From an uncultured Bdellovibrionales bacterium (GTDB taxonomy: Bacteria; Bdellovibrionota; Bdellovibrionia; Bdellovibrionales; JAEYZS01), in contig CAYXYF010000006.1 of NCBI GenBank assembly GCA_964469265.1, positions 13,098-77,097 of the forward strand: DNA of 64,000 nucleotides, read 5' to 3'. The notes below the pieces were generated by a model. It was not told the DNA's origin, did not search any database, and saw only the letters and a list, made by a program, of their open reading frames with translations. The position numbers were made by a program, and so were the translations under genes. Position 1 is the first letter of the stretch. The number at the start of each line of letters is the position of its first letter. Positions 10,344-19,666 of this stretch are shown in pieces.

Positions 10344-10781
10344 CTAATGGAATTTAATGAGCGAGTCAAAAAGAGTATCTTGGATATCAAACATAATCTT
10401 GGCGTCTTTAACGTTGGTTTCGTGATCGTAACCCAAAAGGTGTAACACCCCATGTATTAGCATATAGCCGATTTCATGGCTCAGTTTTAGATCATGGGCT
10501 TTGGCCTGCTTCTTTAACACGGGTAAACACAAAACAAGTTCACCTAAAACACTGTCTTCAATGGGATCAAAGCTTAAAATATCTGTGGGAGTATTTTTGT
10601 TCCGAAATTGAAAGTTTAGCTCCCTCATCTTTTTTTCTGTGACAAAAACGATGATGAGGTCTTTTTCTTTTTTTAGAATTTTTTGTTTCTTAAGATTTTT
10701 ATATACAGAAGACATCCACTCCGAAATAAACTTCCGAGGAATCCGATCCGCCGTCTGATTAATAATTTCAATATGACTCAC
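10344..10781 (-). CDS. ybeY: rRNA maturation endoribonuclease YbeY
   Basis: 145 aa with the HGVLHLLGYDH zinc-binding motif. Confidence 0.9.
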   Translation of the reverse strand: MSHIEIINQTADRIPRKFISEWMSSVYKNLKKQKILKKEKDLIIVFVTEKKMRELNFQFRNKNTPTDILSFDPIEDSVLGELVLCLPVLKKQAKAHDLKLSHEIGYMLIHGVLHLLGYDHETNVKDAKIMFDIQDTLFDSLIKFH

Positions 10782-10840
10782 GCTCTAAGTGTAACTCAAA
10801 ATAAAAATAAAACCACTCACAATTTATACAGAAAAAGAAT

Positions 10841-10901
10841 CGTGCTACTTGCACGTGAGGATTCCCGAAACCGCAAGCAACGAAGCCACAGACAAAAAGC
10901 T
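10841..10901 (+). repeat. Intergenic repeat, copy A (61 bp)
   Basis: cgtgctacttgcacgtgaggattcccgaaaccgcaagcaacgaagccacagacaaaaagct. Identical at every position to copy B. Begins with a CGTGC-tactt-GCACG hairpin. Confidence 0.9.
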
Positions 10902-10934
10902 TCGCATTCATTATAGGACTTGGAAAGATTGAGA

Positions 10935-10948
10935 TTTTTGTTTGTGGC
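10935..10948 (+). repeat. Inverted arm TTTTTGTTTGTGGC, complementary to the 3' arms of copies A and B
   Basis: Reverse complement (13 Watson-Crick pairs plus one G:T) of GCCACAGACAAAAA at 10885-10898 and 11020-11033. Confidence 0.85.
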
Positions 10949-10975
10949 GAGGCGCGAGGATTGAGGGACCCGGAG

Positions 10976-11036
10976 CGTGCTACTTGCACGTGAGGATTCC
11001 CGAAACCGCAAGCAACGAAGCCACAGACAAAAAGCT
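10976..11036 (+). repeat. Intergenic repeat, copy B (61 bp)
   Basis: Perfect copy of A, 135 bp downstream. Its last base overlaps the stop codon (11036-11038) of the PgpH-like gene. Confidence 0.9.
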
Positions 11037-13468
11037 CAATCTTTCCCTATGCCGCCCATACTTTTTGGATAGTCTATTCGTTGATGATGAATCCCAATTA
11101 GGACCCGTACAAAGCAGTTTTCGATAATTGATAAATCGCGTAGGGTTAGGTTACACTCGTCGAGTTGGCCGTCCATGAATTTTCTTTGGATGATGGTTTT
11201 GACCAAGTTTCGTATTCTCATGGGTTGAGGTTCATCGAGTACTCTTGCAGCGGCTTCGATGCTGTCGGCAAGCATGCAGAGTGCAGCTTCTTTAAATTGA
11301 GGCTTAGGGCCTGGATATCTGAATTCGTCTTCTGAGACTTCGTGGAGGTCTTCATCTTGATTCTCGAGGGCACGGTTATAGAAAAACGAAATGAGAGTGG
11401 TGCCGTGATGTTGCGAGATCACATCAATGATCGGCTTTCCGAGTTTATGTTTCAATCCAAGTTCAACACCGTCTTTGACGTGGGCAATGAGAATGGTTTT
11501 ACTCATGTGCGGAGATAAGTGATCGTGAGGATTGTGACCAGGTCTTTGGTTTTCGATAAAGTAGTTGGCGTGCTCGGTCTTTCCGATGTCGTGATAGTAG
11601 GCTGCCACACGACAGAGCAGCGAGTTTGCACCAATGGCCTCTGCCGCAGTCTCGACCATGTTTCCAACAACAAGGGAGTGATGATAAGTCCCAAGAGCGT
11701 TAACACTCATATCTTTTAAGAGCGGATGGTTGAGGTTTGAAAGCTCAAGCAACTTAACGTCAGTTGTGCAATTAAAAACGGTTTCTAATAACGGAATTAG
11801 TGTCATAGCAACAAAGGCTGCAAAAACTCCAGATAGTAGCCCTGCAAGCGCATTCCAAAAGATCTGATTGCCTAAGGGGATACCTTGCTGAAGCTGTGTG
11901 GAAAGAACAGTGAGTAAAATTGTAACAACAACATTCACCGCACCCACTCGCAAGCCCGCAACATAAATATCATTTCTTTTTTTGCACGAGTAAACTCCAC
12001 GCGCGGCCGCTATTCCACCGATGGCAGCATAGACGAAATATGAAAAACTCATATCCATCATAAAGCCTAACGCCGCACTCAAAAATATAACAAAAAGCCA
12101 AACGATCTCACCAGAGTATAAAAGAAGTCCCACAAGCATTGGACCCGCAGCAATGGGCAAAAGGTATTGGTATGCCGAAGACGGAATAATCGCAAATCTA
12201 TCCTGCATGGTCTCAACAAATAAAAATAAAATAAACTTCGATAGGACCACAACAAGGAGTGTAACGGTTCCCATAATCGAAAGGTCTTTCGGAGCGATTC
12301 GCACCCGGTTTTGCGAGAACCTACGCACGTACGAGAAAAACACCAAAATAATGCTCACAAAAAATAGCGCCAAAATGATAGCTTCAAAATCCCTTTGCCC
12401 CGCAGAGTCCCGTCTTGAAATTTCATCAAGGACCCTCACATGACTTGGCTGTATGACAGTTCCTTCGCTCACCACTGTTTGGTTCTTTGCAATACTCACC
12501 ACGACAGCCGGAATGGCCTCTCGTGCTTTTTGTTTTCGATTTGCTGTCTCTTGTTTGTTGGGCGTCAGGTTGGGTATAATTAACCGTCTTACAAACTGAA
12601 AGATAACTTCTTTGTCTCGATCAGAGAGATACTGGCTTCCTCGAATATCTTCGACATTGATGGCCGATTTGACTTGAAACGTTTCCTGCACATCTTGAAT
12701 TTGAACAGAAAACTCTTCACCACCGCCACCGCGCTCGACCACACGAACGACGAGTTGCTTTAGCTCGATTTCGTCAAACATGTTTAGATCATGAATAATT
12801 TTTTTTGCAGCAATCCGATCGAGGAGTCGAATAATAATATTCTCATAGAGAACGCTAAAACGTTTTTCAACTAAGGCTTCAAAAGTTTTTAATGGAATTT
12901 GGCTTGTTCCCAAGGAAGCATCAAACTTGTCTTTGTTAACCAAAAAATCTTTAATCCGTTCGTCACGCTGAATTTGATTCTTTGGCCACGGCCGATTTCC
13001 AAGAAGAGATCTCATTTCTCGGAAAGATTTATAAACCCCTTGGATAATGGGCTCGTAGGCACTGAGGTCATAATCGTAAACGGGCGGGACAGCATCTTCA
13101 GCAGCTTTCTTCCTCATGGCCGTTTCGACTTCGTCTACGAATTCAAATGAGATTGGAGATTTAACATCACGACTTGCAATATCGTCTTGTTTATACCCAG
13201 TGTATGCAAATTCAAAATTCATGGTGAGAAGAAGAGCTAAGACAAATGAAAAAACGATCACCAAAAACAAACGTCTTAGGCGAAATCTTTCCTCTAAAAT
13301 AAATAGCACCCGTCCAATCCAAGTTTTTTCGATTTCTAAAGAATTGACATAATCTAAAAACTTATTGGAGTGATCTTCGTACTTGGAACGTACGGTGTCT
13401 TTTTGAGGGTTTTTATTTTTTTTAATTGGCACTAAATGGTTAATCCTATGTTGTTTTTCTCGCCCCAA
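11036..13468 (-). CDS. 7TM receptor with intracellular HD hydrolase domain (PgpH/YqfF-like)
   Basis: 810 aa. Long N-terminal region, a block of about 7 TM helices and a C-terminal HD domain (AAYYHDIGK...). Sits upstream of ybeY as in yqfF-ybeY operons. The track start is TTG and the real start is uncertain. Confidence 0.8.
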   Translation of the reverse strand: MGREKQHRINHLVPIKKNKNPQKDTVRSKYEDHSNKFLDYVNSLEIEKTWIGRVLFILEERFRLRRLFLVIVFSFVLALLLTMNFEFAYTGYKQDDIASRDVKSPISFEFVDEVETAMRKKAAEDAVPPVYDYDLSAYEPIIQGVYKSFREMRSLLGNRPWPKNQIQRDERIKDFLVNKDKFDASLGTSQIPLKTFEALVEKRFSVLYENIIIRLLDRIAAKKIIHDLNMFDEIELKQLVVRVVERGGGGEEFSVQIQDVQETFQVKSAINVEDIRGSQYLSDRDKEVIFQFVRRLIIPNLTPNKQETANRKQKAREAIPAVVVSIAKNQTVVSEGTVIQPSHVRVLDEISRRDSAGQRDFEAIILALFFVSIILVFFSYVRRFSQNRVRIAPKDLSIMGTVTLLVVVLSKFILFLFVETMQDRFAIIPSSAYQYLLPIAAGPMLVGLLLYSGEIVWLFVIFLSAALGFMMDMSFSYFVYAAIGGIAAARGVYSCKKRNDIYVAGLRVGAVNVVVTILLTVLSTQLQQGIPLGNQIFWNALAGLLSGVFAAFVAMTLIPLLETVFNCTTDVKLLELSNLNHPLLKDMSVNALGTYHHSLVVGNMVETAAEAIGANSLLCRVAAYYHDIGKTEHANYFIENQRPGHNPHDHLSPHMSKTILIAHVKDGVELGLKHKLGKPIIDVISQHHGTTLISFFYNRALENQDEDLHEVSEDEFRYPGPKPQFKEAALCMLADSIEAAARVLDEPQPMRIRNLVKTIIQRKFMDGQLDECNLTLRDLSIIENCFVRVLIGIHHQRIDYPKSMGGIGKD

Positions 13469-13619
13469 AGAACATCAAAAATTCTTATCTTAATCTTACC
13501 CTAATCTCAATATGCACAACACATATTAGTCACATAGCATTGTTCTCTATTGACAATAGTCCTACAAACATCGACAAAAGTTAGAAACCAGCCCAGTGTG
13601 GGGCTAAAAGGATCTGCTA

Positions 13620-14408
13620 TTGAATACACCTCCTAAGACTTTAAACACATTTGAGGCCATTGTCCAAGTCATGAAGACGCTGAGATCAGAGTCTGGGTGC
13701 CCTTGGGATAAGGAGCAAACCCACCAAAGTATTGCATCTTGTGCTATGGAAGAAGTTTGTGAGCTAATCGATGCCATTGAAAATGAGGATGAAGAAAATT
13801 TTATTGAAGAACTTGGCGATGTCTTATTGCAGGTTGTTTTCCATTCAGAAATTGCAAGACAAGAGGGCCGCTTTGATATCTACACAGTGATTGAAAAGTT
13901 AAACCAAAAGTTGATCTCACGCCATCCTCATGTGTTTTCTGGTAAAGATGTCAAAACAGCCGAAGACGCTCTTAAGAGCTGGAATGAAGTCAAAGCCAAA
14001 GAAACAAAGAAGCCTGAAAGAGGTTTTGGGGTCCCCATTCATCTACCAGCACTTCAGCGTGCGCAAAAAATTGGTAAAAAAACCAAGAAGCTAAAGTTTG
14101 ATTGGAATAATGCCAGCGAAGTCATGAAGAACGTGGAAAACGAAGTGCAAGAACTTAAAGAAGCCATTGCCACCAATCGACTGGAAAATATCCAAGATGA
14201 ATTCGGGGATGTTCTATTCACCTTAGTTCAAGTCGGAAGACACTTGGGCGTTGATTGCGAACAAGCTCTGCGGGGAACGAATAACAAAGTTGAAACGCGC
14301 TGGATCCGCATGAAAGAGCTAGCAAAATCTCAAGAAAAAGAGTTTGAAATACTTAGCACTGATGAACTAGAAAAACTCTGGACTGAAGTAAAAAAACAAG
14401 AGGCTTAA
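13620..14408 (+). CDS. mazG: Nucleoside triphosphate pyrophosphohydrolase MazG
   Basis: 262 aa with two MazG-type units (EEVCELIDAIE..EELGDVLLQV and EVQELKEAI..DEFGDVLFTLV). The track start is TTG and ATG alternatives exist just downstream. Confidence 0.85.
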   Translation: MNTPPKTLNTFEAIVQVMKTLRSESGCPWDKEQTHQSIASCAMEEVCELIDAIENEDEENFIEELGDVLLQVVFHSEIARQEGRFDIYTVIEKLNQKLISRHPHVFSGKDVKTAEDALKSWNEVKAKETKKPERGFGVPIHLPALQRAQKIGKKTKKLKFDWNNASEVMKNVENEVQELKEAIATNRLENIQDEFGDVLFTLVQVGRHLGVDCEQALRGTNNKVETRWIRMKELAKSQEKEFEILSTDELEKLWTEVKKQEA

Positions 14409-16024
14409 GCTTTGCGCTTAAACTTTCTTAAGAGCTTTTGTTGGATATTCTCAAAAACGTAATCATACTCTTCTGTCTTAAGAAGCTTTGTCATTCCAAA
14501 GTAAGTGACAACGCTTGCGCCGATCACAACCATTAATGAAATCAAATGCACGATGAACCTGTCGCCAAATAACAATATAAAATACTCGTAAGACTGAATC
14601 ACTCCGACCATAACTGCGCCAGAAGCAACATACTTAAAAAAACTCACAAAGAAACGAGCAATCATGATTTCGCCAATGAGAAATTTAAACCCGATCACTA
14701 GTAATAAAAAATTTAAAGAAGCTGAGATCATGCTTGAAGCCGCAAGCCCCCTAATTCCGTAATCTGTCATCAAATACTGTGCCGTAAAAAAGTGAACGAC
14801 TAAACAAATTGCAGATATAAGAGCTGGATATAAAGTGTTTTTGATTGCATAAAAACTAGGCGCGATAACACGAATTCCGCCAAAGGCTAAAATACCAACG
14901 GAATAAATCATCAGTACAGAGGCCGTCTTGGCCAGATCGTACTCAGAGAATTTACCTCTTAAGAAAAGAACCTGAACAATGGGCTCAGCCAAAAACCACA
15001 CTCCAAGAGCACAGGGCACACTGACAAAAAATATCATCCGCAGGTAGCGGTTTGCGGTATCGACCATCTCGGCTTTTTGATTCTGACTCCAGAGCGTAGA
15101 AAGTGTAGGCAGCAGTGCTGTCCCCAAGCTCACCGCAAAGAGGGATAGCGGAAGTTCTAAGACTCTGTCTGCCCAATAGATCCAAGAGTTTGCCCCTTCC
15201 TCTAAAGACGAAGCAAAGCGCGTGTTGATGATAAGCCCGATTTGCAAAACACCTAGCCCTAAAAGCCCAGGCAACATATTTTTAAAAACCCTTGAAACAT
15301 GGACACTAAAAAAATCAAAGGTAAACTTTGGTAGACATCCCAACTTCATAAGGGCTGGAATAAGAATGATCATTTCTAAAAAACCACCAATGGTCACTCC
15401 CCACGCCAATGCCATCTCTGAAAAGATTTGCGGAAAATAGGCTGGAAGCAAAGTGGATATGATCATGGATAGGTTGAAAAGGACTGGCGCAAATGCTGCT
15501 AAGGCGAATTTCTTAAAAGCATTTAAGACCGCCATAAAGTAAGCGTACAAACAAATGAAAATACAAAAGGTGAACATGATGCGGGTCATTTGAACTGTGA
15601 GTTCAAACTTTCCTGGCACCGACATATAAGCCTCTTCTCCAGCGATCAAATACACGATATTTTCGGCAAAGATGATGCCCAAGCTTGTTAAAACAAAGAG
15701 AATCAAACTCAGTATGGAAAACACCCCACAGGCTAGTTTAAAGTGTTTGCCCTCTTCCTTAGATTTGGGGTTTGACATGAGTTCAATAAAAATGGGAATA
15801 AAACTAACGGACAGTGCGCCCTCACCAAATAGCCTTCGCAACATGTTTGGAATACGAAAAGCCACCAACCAAGCGTCTGTGACCGTCCGTGAAAAGAAGG
15901 CTCCAAGCACCGCATCTCGAACAAGGCCGAGTATGCGGCTAGAGAACGTCCCCAAAGCCATGTAAGTCGCTGATTTAACGACGCTTTTGTGGCTATCCTG
16001 CGGTGGGCTCTGATTTTCTTGCAT
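14405..16024 (-). CDS. murJ: Lipid II flippase MurJ (MviN)
   Basis: 539 aa polytopic membrane protein. N-terminus ..ALGTFSSRILGLVRDAVLGAFF is typical of MurJ. Confidence 0.9.
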   Translation of the reverse strand: MQENQSPPQDSHKSVVKSATYMALGTFSSRILGLVRDAVLGAFFSRTVTDAWLVAFRIPNMLRRLFGEGALSVSFIPIFIELMSNPKSKEEGKHFKLACGVFSILSLILFVLTSLGIIFAENIVYLIAGEEAYMSVPGKFELTVQMTRIMFTFCIFICLYAYFMAVLNAFKKFALAAFAPVLFNLSMIISTLLPAYFPQIFSEMALAWGVTIGGFLEMIILIPALMKLGCLPKFTFDFFSVHVSRVFKNMLPGLLGLGVLQIGLIINTRFASSLEEGANSWIYWADRVLELPLSLFAVSLGTALLPTLSTLWSQNQKAEMVDTANRYLRMIFFVSVPCALGVWFLAEPIVQVLFLRGKFSEYDLAKTASVLMIYSVGILAFGGIRVIAPSFYAIKNTLYPALISAICLVVHFFTAQYLMTDYGIRGLAASSMISASLNFLLLVIGFKFLIGEIMIARFFVSFFKYVASGAVMVGVIQSYEYFILLFGDRFIVHLISLMVVIGASVVTYFGMTKLLKTEEYDYVFENIQQKLLRKFKRKA

Positions 16025-16086
16025 GGTGTATAAAGGTATGTTAGAAACTTTCCTTTAATAAAGCAAGACACTATTTGGAGGTCTCA

Positions 16087-16353
16087 TTGGCTACGCACAA
16101 GTCTTCGGAGAAGAGAGCAAGACAAGACATTAAAAAATACGCAAGAAACCAAAGAACGTTAACCACAGTTCGTACTTTCGAAAAGAAAGTTAGAAGCGCT
16201 ATTAGCACTAAAGATGTTAAGGCTGCTCAAGATTTCTTAAAGATGTTTTCTAGCAAAATCGATAAGGCTGCAACTAAAGGCGTTGTTCACGCCAAGACAG
16301 CAGCTAGAAAAATCTCAAGACTCTCTAATCAAATTTCATCTCTTTCAAAATAA
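16087..16353 (+). CDS. rpsT: 30S ribosomal protein S20
   Basis: The track ORF starts at 16075. However, GGAGG at 16077-16081 followed 5 nt later by TTG at 16087 gives MATHKSSEKRARQ, the usual S20 N-terminus. Confidence 0.9.
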   Translation: MATHKSSEKRARQDIKKYARNQRTLTTVRTFEKKVRSAISTKDVKAAQDFLKMFSSKIDKAATKGVVHAKTAARKISRLSNQISSLSK

Positions 16354-16375
16354 GTTTTTTAATTTGCATCTGATT

Positions 16376-16408
16376 TAAAAAGGTCCATGTTATCCGTGGA
16401 CCTTTTTT
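16376..16408. terminator. Bidirectional rho-independent terminator between rpsT and the PilZ-like gene
   Basis: aaaaaGGTCCA-tgttatccg-TGGACCtttttt. A 6-bp GC-rich stem flanked by an A-run and a T-run. Confidence 0.7.
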
Positions 16409-16787
16409 AATTGGCCTGACTTGAATGTTCATCCTGTCTTTGAGCGATGAAATCTCTAACCTTACGACGGTCTTCGAAGGTAATATTAATAAACTCAACG
16501 CCCACAGTGACCTTGTCGCCTTTTCGGACCTGATAGCGAACTTCAGCACGGGTCATAACAATATAGCCGCCTGGAATGGCAAAGCTAATGACCATATTTT
16601 CTTTTTCTTTTAGGGCAAGAGTTGTTTCAAATGACATACCCAACTCTCCAAGTTCAACGGCGCTTTCAGTACTGTATAGACCCTGAACCATGACTCCCAC
16701 GTATTTTGCAAAATTACGTCTTGGGTATCTTCTTTTTTCAATTCCGTTTGGGACGTTACCTTTGGTCACAATATTTGAGTGTTCCAT
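16407..16787 (-). CDS. PilZ-like domain protein
   Basis: 126 aa. The RRYPR (RxxxR) motif is present near the N-terminus. The second motif (D/N-x-S-x-x-G) is only approximated by ELGELG. Confidence 0.5.
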   Translation of the reverse strand: MEHSNIVTKGNVPNGIEKRRYPRRNFAKYVGVMVQGLYSTESAVELGELGMSFETTLALKEKENMVISFAIPGGYIVMTRAEVRYQVRKGDKVTVGVEFINITFEDRRKVRDFIAQRQDEHSSQAN

Positions 16788-16844
16788 AGGGAGCTTATCG
16801 GCAACTGCTTATCTCAAAACAAGTCCTGTACCAAATTAAGACGC

Positions 16845-17846
16845 TTATGCAGTCGTCAAATACATCAATGTGTCCACTAAAATATTTTCTGAAGAAATCG
16901 AGGAGCTTTTAAGGTTGCGATCTGCCTCTAAGAGTTTTTTATAAACCTTAGTGAGCTTTTCATAGGGCCAGTACCGAGAGTTTTGAATATATTGATTCAC
17001 AAAATACGGCGGAACTCCCACGTAGGAGCTTAAGGCTGGGCCATTTATTCGTTGCTGTAAGGCTTCTTGTGTAAGTAAAAGGATACGCATATGTCGAGTA
17101 ATCATGGCAAGAATTCCGACCTCGCTCTCCCCTTGATCGAGCAAATACTTTTGAATCTTAAGAGCTTTTTCAAGCTGTTTGGATGCAATGGCATCGGTTA
17201 ACTCAAAGACTGAATCCATTTTGTATTTTGAAACAACGGCTTCAATGTCGGCAATTTCAATTTGAGGTTTGTCACCAGTGTATAGCGCAAGCTTATTGAT
17301 CTCGTTATTAATATCAATAAGCTTATTACCCACAAGATTATGTAAGGCCAACGCAACTGGTGGGCTGATGGATTTATTGTAAGAGCGCGCAAGACGATCA
17401 ATCCAACTTGGGATCATGCGATCGTTTACGGCTTGAAACTCCACTACAGTCATCTTTTTAAAAAGATCTTTAAAAATCTTTTTTCGTTTATCAATTTTTT
17501 CAAAAATAGCTACAAACACCGTTGTATCAATTGGGACTGACACCATTTCTGCAATCTTATCAAACTCGGCTGTCTTTAAAAGATGAGCATCCTTAAGAAG
17601 AACTAATCTTTTTTGTCCCATCATTGGAAGGGTTTCAAGAGCAGCGGCAAGATCGTCAGTATCTAATTCTCCACTGTAAAAGCTATCAAAGTTAAAATCG
17701 GCAAGGGAGTCTTCAAAAACTTTACTCTTAATGCGCTTAATAGCGTCGTCGATTAAAAAAGATTCTTCGCCGTAGAAGAGATAGAATGGATGAAGTTTTC
17801 CCTGATCAACGTGCTTTGCAAATTGATCAAAATTCCAAACTGCCAC
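16845..17846 (-). CDS. holA: DNA polymerase III delta subunit
   Basis: 333 aa with a delta-subunit-like N-terminus (..LHPFYLFYGEESFLIDD..). Order is lptE-holA with a 1-nt overlap. Confidence 0.8.
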   Translation of the reverse strand: MAVWNFDQFAKHVDQGKLHPFYLFYGEESFLIDDAIKRIKSKVFEDSLADFNFDSFYSGELDTDDLAAALETLPMMGQKRLVLLKDAHLLKTAEFDKIAEMVSVPIDTTVFVAIFEKIDKRKKIFKDLFKKMTVVEFQAVNDRMIPSWIDRLARSYNKSISPPVALALHNLVGNKLIDINNEINKLALYTGDKPQIEIADIEAVVSKYKMDSVFELTDAIASKQLEKALKIQKYLLDQGESEVGILAMITRHMRILLLTQEALQQRINGPALSSYVGVPPYFVNQYIQNSRYWPYEKLTKVYKKLLEADRNLKSSSISSENILVDTLMYLTTA

Positions 17847-18424
17847 TAAAAGTTCTCCGTCATTCGTTCGTAGACTTCAGACATCATGTCTTTTGAGAGT
17901 TCTTGGATATTCAGATAACGCGCGCTTTGATTGTAGAGAGGGTTAGCAGTGTTTAAAACGGACTTAGTAATTATGGGCGCAGGATAACGTTTCTCTCCAT
18001 GCACCTCTCCTTCCCATAAAACCGCCATATCAGAACTCCGAACAAGCTTCATACCTGTCGTCATTAAAATACGGTATTCTTTAACCAAGACGGTCCCCGT
18101 TGGAAGATCTGTAAAGCCTGGTGTTGTCGGCGTGATTTCCGTTCCCAAAACATATTCAAGATTTTTGATCTCACCCAGCAAGATGGCTTGTGATTCCTCT
18201 TTGGAAGTGACTTGTGCAAGACTTGATTTTTCAACTTCTAAAATCATGGCTTGCGTAAAATAGGTTTCAATAGTGGGCTCTTGAGTTTTATTTGTGAAAA
18301 CTGGAACCGCTAAAAGATGATATCCGCCTGGAATGCGTCTTTCTGGGGACCCAAAACGATAGGCACACGACGTCACCAAACATGTTAGTAATAACGCAAT
18401 AAAGAGGTTTAAGAGTTTGGTCAT
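17846..18424 (-). CDS. lptE: LPS-assembly lipoprotein LptE-like
   Basis: 192 aa with lipobox LLTCLVTSC. Position immediately upstream of holA as in other Gram-negatives. Confidence 0.6.
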   Translation of the reverse strand: MTKLLNLFIALLLTCLVTSCAYRFGSPERRIPGGYHLLAVPVFTNKTQEPTIETYFTQAMILEVEKSSLAQVTSKEESQAILLGEIKNLEYVLGTEITPTTPGFTDLPTGTVLVKEYRILMTTGMKLVRSSDMAVLWEGEVHGEKRYPAPIITKSVLNTANPLYNQSARYLNIQELSKDMMSEVYERMTENF

Positions 18425-18496
18425 GGTGTAATTCCTATCGCCAAAATAAAACCATTAAAGGCTTGCTTACTCAAGGAAAACTTTTAAAATTGGCTT

Positions 18497-19645
18497 ATGT
18501 CTTTACCACTACTTATGACCCCTGGGCCTGTTTTGGTTCCGCCAACAATTATGGATGCAGTTGCACTGCCTATTATTCATCACCGCACCAATGTGTTTGA
18601 AAACGACCTTGCTTACGTGTTTAATAATTTGCCTAAAATCTTCGGAACCAAAGAGCGCGCATATATCTTGACCGCGACGGGTTCTGGAGCAATGGAAGCT
18701 GCATTAACAAACACACTCTCTCCTGGTGATACTATTTTGAGCATTGTATGTGGAAAGTTTGGTGAGCGCTTTGTTGAAATTGCCAAAGCTTTTAACATCA
18801 ACGTTATTGAACATAACGTGGAGTGGGGAAAATCATTTGTCGTTTCTGATATTGTTGAGCTTCTGAAAAAGCATCCCGAGATTAAAGCCATCACTTGCCA
18901 AGCTTGCGAGACAAGCACTGGCGCAATGAACCCAGTTAAGGAACTCGGCAACTATGTTGCAAATACGTCTACGCTACTGATTGTCGACGGGATTACGGCG
19001 GTTGCAGCAACTGACCTTCACATGGACGATTGGAAGCTTGATGTTGTTGTCGGTGGTTCGCAAAAAGGATTCATGCTCCCTACTGGGATTTCTTTTATTG
19101 CCTTTTCAAAAAAGGCTGAAGGTTTTTTTGGATCTTCTAAAATACCAAAGTTTTACTTTAATATTCTCCAAGAAAAAAAAGCGAACGAACAAAACCAAAC
19201 TTTTTTTAGTTCTCCAGTCACACATATCCGCGCATTAAAAGTTGCGATTGAAATAATTTTAAGAATGGGGCCAACGGGATTTCAAGATCGTCACTCGCTT
19301 ATCGCAGAGGCCGTGCGTGCAGCAGGAAAAGCGATCGGCTTAGGTATTTTGGCAGAACACCCTGCTACCACTGTAACGGCGTTTAAAGTTCCCGATAAAA
19401 TCTCTGGCGAGAATATTCAAAAGATTATGGAAGATAAACACCGAATCACCATTGCAGGCGGCCAGGACCATCTGAAGGGTAAAATTATTCGGATTGGTCA
19501 TATGGGTGCTATTGAAAAAGAACATTTAATCCTGACTTTTGAAAAACTTGCGTTGACTTTAACTGAACTCGGAATGAAGGTCGACGCAAGTCAGGCAACA
19601 AAAATCCTTCAAGAAAAGCTTAAAGACCTAAAGCCCCTGACTTAA
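18497..19645 (+). CDS. Class V PLP-dependent aminotransferase (serine-glyoxylate / phosphoserine aminotransferase type)
   Basis: 382 aa. PLP-lysine context GGSQKGFMLPTG. Followed by a SerA-like dehydrogenase. Confidence 0.8.
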   Translation: MSLPLLMTPGPVLVPPTIMDAVALPIIHHRTNVFENDLAYVFNNLPKIFGTKERAYILTATGSGAMEAALTNTLSPGDTILSIVCGKFGERFVEIAKAFNINVIEHNVEWGKSFVVSDIVELLKKHPEIKAITCQACETSTGAMNPVKELGNYVANTSTLLIVDGITAVAATDLHMDDWKLDVVVGGSQKGFMLPTGISFIAFSKKAEGFFGSSKIPKFYFNILQEKKANEQNQTFFSSPVTHIRALKVAIEIILRMGPTGFQDRHSLIAEAVRAAGKAIGLGILAEHPATTVTAFKVPDKISGENIQKIMEDKHRITIAGGQDHLKGKIIRIGHMGAIEKEHLILTFEKLALTLTELGMKVDASQATKILQEKLKDLKPLT

Positions 19646-19666
19646 GTTTTTTGGAGTTTCAAAAAA

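Noticed and set aside
10841-11036. Possible mini-CRISPR array (identical repeats with a spacer).
   Set aside because: There are only two copies. The repeat is 61 bp and the spacer 74 bp, which is atypical. The spacer is complementary to the repeat ends, and no cas genes are in the window.
10768-11127. Three short ORFs (10768-10989, 10817-11011, 10942-11127), two of them with the repeated peptide RFRESSRASS.
   Set aside because: They are translations of the 61-bp DNA repeat. They overlap each other and the end of the PgpH-like CDS, and have no RBS. The repeat itself is the real feature.
15733-16071. 112-aa ORF overlapping the 5' part of murJ in another frame.
   Set aside because: It lies in a shifted frame of a strongly supported membrane-protein gene, and has no independent motif or RBS.
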